From the NCBI GenBank assembly GCA_037137755.1, contig JBAXJR010000032.1, positions 1-25,111 of the forward strand: a DNA stretch of 25,111 nt. The letters are read 5' to 3'. Shown one piece after another: positions 9,758 to 18,642 of this stretch; the first letter of the stretch is position 1; the number at the start of each line of letters is the position of its first letter. The notes under the pieces are model-generated. The model saw only the letters and a program-made list of their open reading frames with translations. It made no database searches and was not told the origin of the DNA. A program made the translations under genes and the position numbers. This DNA comes from Methanomicrobiales archaeon. GTDB lineage: Archaea > Halobacteriota > Methanomicrobia > Methanomicrobiales > Methanospirillaceae.

Positions 9758-10957
9758 TTATTCCTTTACCTTCGGAGAGAACATCAGCCTGACCAGCGGG
9801 ATCATCAGTTTCGTACTGAGCCCACCAAGAGTGCTTTTGACTTTTTTAAGTTCTTCGGGGATCTCAATATTCTGGGGGCAGGCCCTGACACACTTTCCGC
9901 AGTTCCGGCAGAGCGAAGCATCGGCCGACGTTCCCATTCCACCCATCAGCTGCATCCCATAGAACCCCCTCACCATCATCCGGTTTGAGCCCATGTGGTA
10001 ATCGTTGAACATGGCGAAGCACTGGGGAATATTCACCCCGAATGGACAGGGCATACAATATGCGCACCCGGTACAACCTACCCTGATAAGCTTTTTGTAT
10101 GTCGCTGTTACTTTTTCCATGGTTGCAATATCATCGGCAGTCATGGAACCGGGCAGGGCATCTTCGCAGGTTGTTATGTTTTCGGCAATGTGGTTCTCGT
10201 CATTCATCCCGGAGAGGACAACCGTTACCTCCGGGTGATTCCATACCCAGCGGAGAGCCCATGCCGCCGCTGACCGTTTTGTCCCTGCATCGCGGTATAT
10301 TTGTTTAACCTCGTCCGGTAATTTTCCGGCAAGCATCCCGCCCCTGAGCGGCTCCATAATCATAACCGCGATATTCTTTGAGGCTGCGTAGCGAAGGCCC
10401 TCGGTCCCGGCCTGGTTCGTTTCATCAAGGAAATTGTACTGGATCTGGCAAAAGATCCAGTCGTAGGCATCGATGATTTCCCTGAATGTTTTCCGGTCTC
10501 CGTGGAAGGAGAAGCCGGCGTTCCTGATCTTTCCGGCTACTTTTGCTGAATCCAGGAATTCCAGGACGCCAAGTTCAAATAGTCGTTTCCATTGACCGGC
10601 TTCAAGAGAATGGAGAAGGTAATAGTCGATATGATCAGTCTGGAGTTTTTTAAGCTGAATATCGAGGATCCGGTCCATATCTTCGCGGGTTTTTACGCTC
10701 CACGGCGGGAGTTTGGTGGCGAGTTTCACTTTTTCCCGGTAACCTTCCTGGAGTGCCCGTCCTAAAAACCGCTCACTCTCCCCGCCGTGATACGGTACTG
10801 CGGTATCGACATAGTTGATCCCGTGGTCGATGGCATCACGGATCTGCCGTGTAGCACGCTCTTCATCGATGCCCAGCCGTTTTGTTGCAAGACGCATTGC
10901 GCCAAAGCCAAGGGCTGATAACTGATCGCCATTTTTAGGAACTTGCCGGTATTGCAT
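9758..10957 (-). CDS. Aldo/keto reductase with a C-terminal Fe-S (ferredoxin-like) domain
   Basis: LGFGAMRL, NYVDTA..Y, ATKLP, LQTDHIDYYLLH, GFSFH, QIQYN, MEPLRGG; CTGCAYCMPCP and CRNCGKCVRACP. Start set at ATG 10957, after a GGTGA RBS. Confidence 0.93.
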   Translation of the reverse strand: MQYRQVPKNGDQLSALGFGAMRLATKRLGIDEERATRQIRDAIDHGINYVDTAVPYHGGESERFLGRALQEGYREKVKLATKLPPWSVKTREDMDRILDIQLKKLQTDHIDYYLLHSLEAGQWKRLFELGVLEFLDSAKVAGKIRNAGFSFHGDRKTFREIIDAYDWIFCQIQYNFLDETNQAGTEGLRYAASKNIAVMIMEPLRGGMLAGKLPDEVKQIYRDAGTKRSAAAWALRWVWNHPEVTVVLSGMNDENHIAENITTCEDALPGSMTADDIATMEKVTATYKKLIRVGCTGCAYCMPCPFGVNIPQCFAMFNDYHMGSNRMMVRGFYGMQLMGGMGTSADASLCRNCGKCVRACPQNIEIPEELKKVKSTLGGLSTKLMIPLVRLMFSPKVKE

Positions 10958-11004
10958 GAAATCACCCACGTATTGCTGCCGGGTTCAGGTATCACCGGCA
11001 CAAT

Positions 11005-11034
11005 TAGACTAATTAGTCTAGACTGAATAATCTA
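11005..11034. promoter_or_regulatory. Tandem palindromic operator, probably bound by the TetR protein
   Basis: Perfect 16-bp palindrome TAGACTAATTAGTCTA (11005-11020) overlapping an imperfect copy TAGACTGAATAATCTA (11019-11034), next to a minus-strand TATA-like ATTAATA (11039-11033). Confidence 0.75.
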
Positions 11035-11075
11035 TTAATGTTTCTGATTGAATTTGAAAAAACCTGCCACCTTTC

Positions 11076-12233
11076 CTAAAAATAGATAATATCTGAACAA
11101 TTAAGAGGAATTGTACTATCACGTTTTGGATTTTTATGCTGATGGATTCGTTTTCTCTGGGCCATCCGGTAACCTGATACCACAAGGATGCTTTCGCCAA
11201 ACTCTGCATCAAGGCACGGCTCCCCGGAGTCCACATACAGGACAGGGGTTTCCCTGAGTTTATGGGGGGATGCGACCACGATGAGGTTTTCAAGCCCGAC
11301 CCTCCTTACGATCCGGGGACTAATCTGCTGATTGCCCCTGCCGAGGATGAACCCCTGTGCACCTATGGGGCTGATGATAATTTTAGCCTCTTCACCCTTG
11401 ATGAGCAAATCCCAGAGTGTCTGCTCATTACTATCGGGTGCCAGAAGGTTGCCGTTTTTTATTGCATCAACACCCAGCAACGTCTTATTCACACCGATAT
11501 CACGGGCGACAGCCTCGGTGGTAGTTCCGGCGCCAAGGATATAGAGCACGTCAGGGATCATTATTTCGTGGATGAAACGGGCTATTTCTCCTTTTGCCCG
11601 TTCCTCATCCCCCTCTTCAAAGACGTGCTTTGAGAGCTGGACTTTTCCCGGAAGAGCAGGAGTGCGGGCAATTCCATACAACCTGGTTTTCAGCTCCCCG
11701 GCCCGGTATGCCTCTTCGTCCACATCCATTATTTCCGAGTCACGCAGGGACAGCGAATCATACCCGGTCACGAGTTCTGCTGCGGTAGCGGGATCAATAG
11801 CAAAGACGGCTGAGTACATCTTTACCCCGGCAGGAATCCCAAGGATCGGCAGGTCCCGGCCAACTGCATCAAAGATATCCCGGGCAGTCCCGTCACCCCC
11901 GCAGAACAAGACCAGTTCAACACGGTCTTTTTTAAATGCCAGTGCAGCCTGCCGCGTATCATTGGCACTGCTCTCATCGTGGCAATGATAGAGTACCTGG
12001 TAATCCTTCACGCCTGCCTCCATGAGGGCCACCTCTCCCATCTGGCCTGAACAGGTAACAAAACCAACTTCAGGTTCACGGGCAAGCAGGGAAAGCGTAA
12101 TGTGCGCCCGGTTCTTCGCCTGAGGTGACGCACCCCGGCGCCGGGCCTCTTCAACATTGCCATCGGTCCCCTTAAGCCCCACGGCACCACCCATGCCGGC
12201 TACAGGGTTGATTAAAAGTCCGATGCGTCGCAT
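11076..12233 (-). CDS. ATP-NAD/AcoX kinase-like family protein
   Basis: INPVAGMGGAVGLKGTDG, GGDGTARD, GIPAGVKMYSAVFA, GAQGFILGRGNQQ. Confidence 0.88.
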   Translation of the reverse strand: MRRIGLLINPVAGMGGAVGLKGTDGNVEEARRRGASPQAKNRAHITLSLLAREPEVGFVTCSGQMGEVALMEAGVKDYQVLYHCHDESSANDTRQAALAFKKDRVELVLFCGGDGTARDIFDAVGRDLPILGIPAGVKMYSAVFAIDPATAAELVTGYDSLSLRDSEIMDVDEEAYRAGELKTRLYGIARTPALPGKVQLSKHVFEEGDEERAKGEIARFIHEIMIPDVLYILGAGTTTEAVARDIGVNKTLLGVDAIKNGNLLAPDSNEQTLWDLLIKGEEAKIIISPIGAQGFILGRGNQQISPRIVRRVGLENLIVVASPHKLRETPVLYVDSGEPCLDAEFGESILVVSGYRMAQRKRIHQHKNPKRDSTIPLNCSDIIYF

Positions 12234-12245
12234 AAAAAAAAGGAA

Positions 12246-13604
12246 TCAGGAAATTTTTGGTATCCGGGCGAGGGCCTCTTTGATCAAGGCGTCAGGGTAT
12301 TCGTAGTCCACCAGTTTGCCTTCGTAATAGGCATCATATGCCGACATATCGAAATTGCCATGGCCTGAACAGTTAAAGAGAATGGTCTTATCCTCCCCGG
12401 TCTTTTTACAGGCGAGGGCCTCGTCAATTGCAGATCTTACCGCATGGGAGGTCTCGGGGGCTACAATGATCCCTTCCGTACGGGCAAAGGTCTGGGCTGC
12501 ATCAAAGACTTCGCTCTGGTGGTATGAGACCGCCCGCATTACCCCGTCGTGCACAAGCCGGGAGACAATCGGGGAGTCCCCGTGGTAGCGGAGACCACCT
12601 GCATGCATGGAGGGCGGGACAAAATCATGGCCAAGCGTAAACATCTTGAGAAGCGGGGTGTAGCCTGCTTCATCTGCAAGGTCATAGGCAAACAGCCCCT
12701 TTGTCAGCGTTGGGCAGGATGCTGGTTCAACACCGATGATATCCACATCCTTGTGTTTCCCGGTCAGCTTGTCCCCGGCAAACGGGAACGAGATCCCGGC
12801 GAAGTTTGAACCGCCGCCAACACACCCGATCACGACGTCAGGGTAGTCATCGACCATCGCAAGTTGTTCCCGGCATTCGAGCCCGATAACAGTCTGGTGG
12901 AGGCAGACATGGTTTAAGACCGAACCTAACGCGTAATTGGTGTTCTTGTTGGATGCAGCATCTTCAACTGCTTCAGAGATGGCCATGCCAAGGCTTCCCG
13001 GTGTATCAGGGTCTTTTCCAAGCATTGCACGTCCGGCATTCGTCTTGTCGCTCGGGCTGGGGATGCATTCCGCGCCCCAGACATGCATCATCGACTTCCG
13101 GTAAGGTTTCTGTGCATAGCTCGACCTGACCATGTAGACGGTACACTCGAGATCATAGAGCATGGTCGCAAAGGACATCGCACAACCCCACTGGCCTGCA
13201 CCGGTTTCAGTTGCGATCCGCTCAATCCCTTCCTTCATGTTATAATAAGCCTGGGGGATCGACGTGTTCGTCTTGTGACTCCCGGCCGGGCTTACCCCTT
13301 CCCACTTGTAGTAAATCTTCGCCGGTGTCTTTAAGAATTTTTCAAGCCTGTGGGCGCGGTACAGAGGGCTGGGTCTCCAGAGGTGTAACACGTCCTGCAC
13401 CTCTTCGGGAATATCGATATAGCGGTCGGTGGTCACTTCCTGCCGGATAATCTCCATCGGGAAGATAGGAGACAGGTCCTCCGGCCTGATCGGTGCATGG
13501 GTCTGGGGGTGGAGCGGGGGGTCCAGCGGAGTTTTCAGGTCCGCCTGGACATTATACCAACGTTTTGGCATCTGCTCCTCGTCAAGGAGGATTTTTGTTT
13601 GCAT
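12246..13604 (-). CDS. trpB2: TrpB2-type tryptophan synthase beta chain (stand-alone PLP enzyme)
   Basis: [19 protein letters not shown] (PLP Lys), [44 protein letters not shown]; 452 aa; no trpA nearby. Confidence 0.95.
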   Translation of the reverse strand: MQTKILLDEEQMPKRWYNVQADLKTPLDPPLHPQTHAPIRPEDLSPIFPMEIIRQEVTTDRYIDIPEEVQDVLHLWRPSPLYRAHRLEKFLKTPAKIYYKWEGVSPAGSHKTNTSIPQAYYNMKEGIERIATETGAGQWGCAMSFATMLYDLECTVYMVRSSYAQKPYRKSMMHVWGAECIPSPSDKTNAGRAMLGKDPDTPGSLGMAISEAVEDAASNKNTNYALGSVLNHVCLHQTVIGLECREQLAMVDDYPDVVIGCVGGGSNFAGISFPFAGDKLTGKHKDVDIIGVEPASCPTLTKGLFAYDLADEAGYTPLLKMFTLGHDFVPPSMHAGGLRYHGDSPIVSRLVHDGVMRAVSYHQSEVFDAAQTFARTEGIIVAPETSHAVRSAIDEALACKKTGEDKTILFNCSGHGNFDMSAYDAYYEGKLVDYEYPDALIKEALARIPKIS

Positions 13605-13619
13605 AATAGTATTCTTCTT

Positions 13620-13635
13620 TGTATATATTTATACA
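13620..13635. promoter_or_regulatory. TRP-box-like pair overlapping the likely trpB2 TATA box
   Basis: TGTATA-TATT-TATACA: two hexamers, each one mismatch from TGTACA, 4 bp apart and 16-31 bp upstream of the trpB2 ATG. Confidence 0.55.
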
Positions 13636-13882
13636 TTGTTGGAGGAATAATTTTATTGTTGGCTATTGATATCCAAGGATAAACGGATACATTCAAAACG
13701 TGCATTCATCTTCCTTTGGCGAATAGTGAACAATCGACCATGAATCGCAATACCGTTTTTCCTTACAATTCCTTAATCCCGGAATGAATGCAGGGAATGC
13801 TTTTTAATTTACCCTTGATCATACCACTGCGTTTATATTCCGCGGAAGTGGTATACCATTGACAGACACCGGAGGTGGTTTT

Positions 13883-14326
13883 GTGGATGACAACGAGATA
13901 CGTACATTTGTTCGGAAGATTGCAACCCGCGGTGGCAATACCGTTTCTGATGAAGAATTTGAAGATCTTGTCAGGATTATCAGCAATTTCTGGGCTGATG
14001 TCGAGGTCGAAGCTGAACGGGTGTCCAGGGCCGATAAAGAGACCGTGATTCTTTATTTCAATCTCATGGTAGATTGTCTCTGCACGGCGTATATGCAAAA
14101 GTACCGGATGGATGCAGGTCATGCTCATAGCAAGGCCTATGAGGAGATCACGAGTACCGCCCTCAATCTCATCTTTGAAAAAGGATTAATTAAAGAGTTT
14201 ATCATGCGGTTTGAGGCAATCCCACTGAGAGACGGTGTTTACAAAGAGTTCCTTACGGAGAAAACCCTGGCGCAAGAGGATGCAAAACGTCGTCTGCCAA
14301 GTAGCCCAAAGGACAACGATACCTGA
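13883..14326 (+). CDS. Hypothetical, probably all-alpha protein
   Basis: Protein-like composition; strong GGAGGTGG RBS (13871-13878) before GTG 13883 (the ORF track starts at TTG 13859); T-tract after the stop. No family recognised. Confidence 0.75.
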   Translation: MDDNEIRTFVRKIATRGGNTVSDEEFEDLVRIISNFWADVEVEAERVSRADKETVILYFNLMVDCLCTAYMQKYRMDAGHAHSKAYEEITSTALNLIFEKGLIKEFIMRFEAIPLRDGVYKEFLTEKTLAQEDAKRRLPSSPKDNDT

Positions 14327-14478
14327 ATATTCCCATTTATTTTTTCGGAATTCATCACTTGGAAAAAATCGATTCCATTAATGCCCCGGATACCAACAAA
14401 ATCGCCACGGGGATACCCATAAAAAATGTCCCCTTTCCCGGAATAACTATTATCCTTTTTCGCGACTACCAGTCAGTA

Positions 14479-15183
14479 ATGTGTGGTCGCTTCTCTATCG
14501 CGGTGAGGATTAGTTACCTGGCTGAGCGCTTCGGCCTTAGTGAGCCTTCAGGGGTCTCCCTGCCCAGGTTCAATATTGCACCGGGTGAGGAAGTCCCGGT
14601 CATTACCGGGACCGGAAGCGCACAGGTTACCATGATGTACTGGGGCCTTATCCCTTCATGGACGAAGGGAGAGAAGCCAGCAATGGCCCCAATTAATGCA
14701 AGGGCAGAGGGAATTGCGGATAAGAACATGTTCCAGACACTCCTTTCACACGGACGATGTATTGTTCCGGCTACAGGCTTTTATGAGTGGAAAAAATCCG
14801 GGACTCATAGGTTACCCTATTATATCAGGATGAAACACCAGGAGATTTTTGGCATGGCAGGTCTTTGCGATTCCTGGATGGCACCTGATGGCAGGATTGT
14901 CCGGTCTTTCACGGTTATCACAACCAGCCCGAATTCAATGGTCCTCCCGCTCCATAACCGGATGCCGGCAATTCTGAAGCGGGAGGATGAAAAAAGATGG
15001 CTTGATCCGGGCTACGGCATCTGCAAGGGACTAAAAACAATGCTCAACCCATATCCATCTGAAGAGATGGAGTTGTACAGGGTAACAAAAATGGTGAACA
15101 ACCCTTCATTCAAATCCGAAACTGCAGTGCAGGAAGAACTCCCGGGGACGAACAATGAACTGAGTATGTGGGATAGCAGGTAG
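14479..15183 (+). CDS. SRAP/HMCES (YedK-like) abasic-site protection protein
   Basis: Starts MCGRF (catalytic Cys2, which fixes the start at 14479); PRFNIAP, WGLIPSW, INARAE, RCIVPATGFYEW, HNRMP. Confidence 0.95.
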   Translation: MCGRFSIAVRISYLAERFGLSEPSGVSLPRFNIAPGEEVPVITGTGSAQVTMMYWGLIPSWTKGEKPAMAPINARAEGIADKNMFQTLLSHGRCIVPATGFYEWKKSGTHRLPYYIRMKHQEIFGMAGLCDSWMAPDGRIVRSFTVITTSPNSMVLPLHNRMPAILKREDEKRWLDPGYGICKGLKTMLNPYPSEEMELYRVTKMVNNPSFKSETAVQEELPGTNNELSMWDSR

Positions 15184-15340
15184 GTCCACAGGCAAGGGAA
15201 TAGAGAGCCGAATTACTCCCGGGAGAGATCGGACACGAGTAGTTGCTTGAAAAATTGCTTCTCTTTCCATTATTGCCAGGGTTAAACCAGGTAATCCAAA
15301 AAAATGATCCGGACAACGAAAGGGGCGGGCTGCAGTTATA

Positions 15341-15943
15341 TCATCTCCTTTTTTTTGCAAGATCCTCCCGTAAAGAATCACGAGTGGACATGAGCTTTTC
15401 GACCTCTTCTTTAAAATTCTCCAGTTCAAACTGCTGTCTCGCGATCTTCCGGTCAATTTGCTGTATCCTCTGCGAATCTTCGGGATGGGTTAATAATTGT
15501 TCTCTCTCCAGGCGGAGCCTCTCAAGTTCTGTCTCCATCCCATCAAGTTCAAACGCATTTTTTTGGATTTCGTAGGTTAGATAGAGTACTTCTGCCTCGT
15601 CTCCGGGAACATTATTAATGGGCACTGCTTTTTGATCCAGGAGTACCTTCAGATTATCCCGCTCCGTCTCAAGATCCCTGACCTTTCGTTGCAGTTGTTC
15701 GATGATTTCGTGACAGGTCCCGTCAGCGTTCGGGGAATAGATCTCTGCATGTACCTGCACTGCGCCGGGGGAGCAGGTTTCATTTTCACATCTCGGGACT
15801 TCTTTCATCGCGGACTGGCGCTTTGCGAGAAATTCATTAATTGCATGGTTGATCCAGTCCCGTGGTTCAATCCCTTTCATCCTGGCATCTTCGATGATTC
15901 GCAGGTACGTAGTATCATCAATGGTTGCCAGCAATTCGTGCAT
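15341..15943 (-). CDS. Hypothetical protein: possible N-terminal ribbon-helix-helix plus long coiled coil
   Basis: ELLATIDDTTYLRIIEDARMKGIEPRDWINHAINEFL has a strand-helix-G-helix pattern; the C-terminal half is E/K/R/L/Q-rich heptads; TTAAAA about 25 bp upstream. Confidence 0.7.
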   Translation of the reverse strand: MHELLATIDDTTYLRIIEDARMKGIEPRDWINHAINEFLAKRQSAMKEVPRCENETCSPGAVQVHAEIYSPNADGTCHEIIEQLQRKVRDLETERDNLKVLLDQKAVPINNVPGDEAEVLYLTYEIQKNAFELDGMETELERLRLEREQLLTHPEDSQRIQQIDRKIARQQFELENFKEEVEKLMSTRDSLREDLAKKRR

Positions 15944-16156
15944 GGAGGAATGTTATTGGCAGGGGTTTTAACAATTACGATCGGTCATACCTATGTCTGG
16001 TGGGGATGCCTCTTTTTAAAAACCCGGGATTTATGCAAGGTTACCGCAAAAAGCGGATTGTTCTTTCTCACCAATAAAAGAAAGGCTGCCGAACTATTCC
16101 GGGTCCAATGAAACGTGAGTTTTTTTTTTAAATTACTAAAGTTCTCTTTGAGTACC

Positions 16157-16384
16157 CTACACATCCACATGGATGATCTGGACCGGGCAGAGGTCGGCGG
16201 CTTCCTGTACGCAACCGGCGAGGTCTTCGGGAACTTCACCAACGCGTATACTTTTCTCTTTCCGGAACTGTTCTTTTATCATCGAGAATGAGTCGTCCGG
16301 ATTTTCTTCAAAAAACGAAGGACATTCGGTCCAGCAGGACGCACAACTGATACAACTTTCCCGATCTATAGTGACCTCTGACAT
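16157..16384 (-). CDS. Single-cluster ferredoxin
   Basis: VTIDRESCISCASCWTECP ... AADLCPVQII; 75 aa, acidic. Confidence 0.92.
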   Translation of the reverse strand: MSEVTIDRESCISCASCWTECPSFFEENPDDSFSMIKEQFRKEKSIRVGEVPEDLAGCVQEAADLCPVQIIHVDV

Positions 16385-16445
16385 AATGAGAGGTACTCAG
16401 TTGCACCATTTAATCTTCGGGGTAGCGGCCCCGACTTCCTGCCCT

Positions 16446-16781
16446 TCATCTGGCAAGGTACTTACGCATGCCTAAATAAGTCGCAATTCCGACAATGGGA
16501 ACAACAACCGATGCGAATACGAGGAACGCTAGGAATTCGTTCGAAGGGTACAGGAGCTCAAAAATAAATGCGAGAAGGGCACTGACCGCCAGGATGATCA
16601 GGTTGTTACCGACAAAATCTGCCAGACCTTTTTTGTCCCTGACCTGTTTTTCATCGTAGCCCGCGATAATTTCGACTCTCCCCTTGTATTTGATCATATA
16701 GGCAAGGACTGCGAAAAGGACGATAAAAAATTCCGTCATTCCAAGGATAAGTATATTTGTCATTCCGGCACCCTGACTCAT
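16446..16781 (-). CDS. Small 3-TM membrane protein, DUF3784-like
   Basis: TM segment, then IKYKGRVEIIAGYD..VRDKKGLA, then two more TM segments; alternative start at 16763. Confidence 0.7.
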   Translation of the reverse strand: MSQGAGMTNILILGMTEFFIVLFAVLAYMIKYKGRVEIIAGYDEKQVRDKKGLADFVGNNLIILAVSALLAFIFELLYPSNEFLAFLVFASVVVPIVGIATYLGMRKYLAR

Positions 16782-16863
16782 TTAGTATTTTCCTGCATGA
16801 CGTATTAGCTTCTCCTTTGGAAACAATTGGGTTGTAGTTCCACTCCTGGTGATAATGGAGATG

Positions 16864-16871
16864 TATTTATA
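16864..16871 (+). promoter_or_regulatory. Putative TATA box of sdhAB (leaderless)
   Basis: TATTTATA ending 26 bp before ATG 16897; no RBS in between. Confidence 0.5.
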
Positions 16872-16896
16872 GTCCTTTCCCTCCATTTGGCTCTAT

Positions 16897-18642
16897 ATGA
16901 CAGTACAACCGGGGACCCTCCCCTGCACCGGGGTAACCCCCGTTATACACAGGCATGACCTCATTATCATCGGCGGGGGCCTTGCGGGTCTCCGCGCTGC
17001 ATATGAAGCGGTTTCTGCCGGGATCAATGTCGCGGTCATCTCAAAGGTCCATCCACTCAGGTCTCATTCGGTCGCTGCACAGGGGGGGATCAATGCGGCC
17101 CTTGGAAATGCAGATACAACGGCCCATGACAGCTGGGAGGCCCACGCCTTTGACACAGTAAAGGGATCTGACTATCTTGCTGACCAGGACGCAGTGGCCA
17201 TAATGTGCAGGGAAGCTCCAGCGGCCGTGATTGAACTTGAACACATGGGTTGCGTTTTCTCGCGGGATGATGCAGGTCACATTGCGCAGAGACCGTTCGG
17301 TGGGGCGGGATACCCGCGGACCTGTTATGCATCCGACAGGACAGGGCATAACCTCCTTCACACGCTCTACCAGCAGGTCACTGCGAAAGGGGTCACTTTT
17401 TACGAGGAATATTTCGTTATCTCACTGTTCACAGCCGGCGGCTCATGTGCAGGGTGTACTGCCCTTTGCATACCGGACGGGACTATTGCCGGTTTTTTTG
17501 CAAAAGCCACATTGCTGGCCACCGGTGGATTCGGACGAATTTACGAGCGTTCAACCAATGCACTTATCAACACGGGTGATGGACTGCACCTCGCACTGGA
17601 AGCATCGGTCCCCTTAAAAGATATGGAATTTGTCCAGTTCCACCCCACGTCCCTGTACGGTACTAACATCCTGATCACGGAAGGCGCCAGGGGAGAAGGT
17701 GCAGTCCTGTTGAACAAAAACGGGGAGCGTTTTATGAAACATTATGCCCCGGGTGCAATGGAACTTGCCCCACGGGATGTCGTCGCCCGGGCAATAGAGA
17801 CAGAGATCCGCGAGGGGAGGGGATTTCCAGGGGGATCTGTACACCTTGACCTTACATCGCTTGGTGAACCATTAATCAATGAACGTCTGCCGGGTATCCG
17901 CCAGATTGCCCTTGATTTCTCTGGAATCGATCCGGTCTCCACGCCGGTTCCTGTCCAGCCGGCCCAGCACTATTCAATGGGAGGTATTGATGTTGATATT
18001 GCGGGAAGAACCCGGTTACCCGGACTCTACGCCGCAGGGGAGTGTGCATGTGTCAGTGTTCACGGAGCGAACCGGCTTGGAGGAAATTCCCTGCTTGATA
18101 CCCTGGTGTTTGGAAAACTCACCGCAGAAACTATTATCAGCGACCTTCCGGACCTGGATCTCCCGGAACCCACGGCCATCGAAGAAGCGGTTATTGAGGA
18201 GGATCGGCGGATTGTCAGCCTTTATTCAAAAGGGCCAGGGGAGAATATCTACCAGGTCCGTGACGCCCTAAAAAAAACTATGGTGGAAAATTTCGGGGTA
18301 TACAGGAACGGCCCTTCAATGGAAGCCGGCCTTATCGAGATACTTTCACTCAGGGACCGGTGCCACCGGGCAGGGGTACCACTCCTGCAAACACCCTTCA
18401 ATCTCCCGCTGGTCCATTTCCTCGAAATCCTGGGTATGGTCCGGATCGCAGAAACAGTCGCCAGGTGCGCAATTGCGCGGAATGAGAGCAGGGGTTCGCA
18501 CGCGAGGAGAGATTACCCGGTACGGGACGACGATCATTTCCTCCATCATTCTCTTGCGGCACCTGATAGTAACGATACCATCACTGTCCGGACCTCTCCT
18601 GTCAACCTGGGTATGTTCCCTGTGAAGGAGCGTGTGTATTGA
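16897..18642 (+). CDS. sdhA: Succinate dehydrogenase/fumarate reductase flavoprotein subunit
   Basis: [21 protein letters not shown] (flavinylation His), [70 protein letters not shown]. Confidence 0.93.
   Translation: MTVQPGTLPCTGVTPVIHRHDLIIIGGGLAGLRAAYEAVSAGINVAVISKVHPLRSHSVAAQGGINAALGNADTTAHDSWEAHAFDTVKGSDYLADQDAVAIMCREAPAAVIELEHMGCVFSRDDAGHIAQRPFGGAGYPRTCYASDRTGHNLLHTLYQQVTAKGVTFYEEYFVISLFTAGGSCAGCTALCIPDGTIAGFFAKATLLATGGFGRIYERSTNALINTGDGLHLALEASVPLKDMEFVQFHPTSLYGTNILITEGARGEGAVLLNKNGERFMKHYAPGAMELAPRDVVARAIETEIREGRGFPGGSVHLDLTSLGEPLINERLPGIRQIALDFSGIDPVSTPVPVQPAQHYSMGGIDVDIAGRTRLPGLYAAGECACVSVHGANRLGGNSLLDTLVFGKLTAETIISDLPDLDLPEPTAIEEAVIEEDRRIVSLYSKGPGENIYQVRDALKKTMVENFGVYRNGPSMEAGLIEILSLRDRCHRAGVPLLQTPFNLPLVHFLEILGMVRIAETVARCAIARNESRGSHARRDYPVRDDDHFLHHSLAAPDSNDTITVRTSPVNLGMFPVKERVY

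Noticed and set aside
14359-14478. 40-aa N-terminal extension of SRAP in the ORF track
   Set aside because: SRAP needs Cys at position 2; the extension covers likely promoter sequence.
15181-15183. TAG stops (SRAP; also the ferredoxin and kinase genes) as possible pyrrolysine read-through
   Set aside because: The proteins look complete at the TAG, and no pyl genes are present in the window.
16897-18642. Alternative calls: L-aspartate oxidase NadB or TfrA
   Set aside because: The RSHS..AQGG His motif and a coupled SdhB-type subunit without CCG domains favour SdhA/FrdA.
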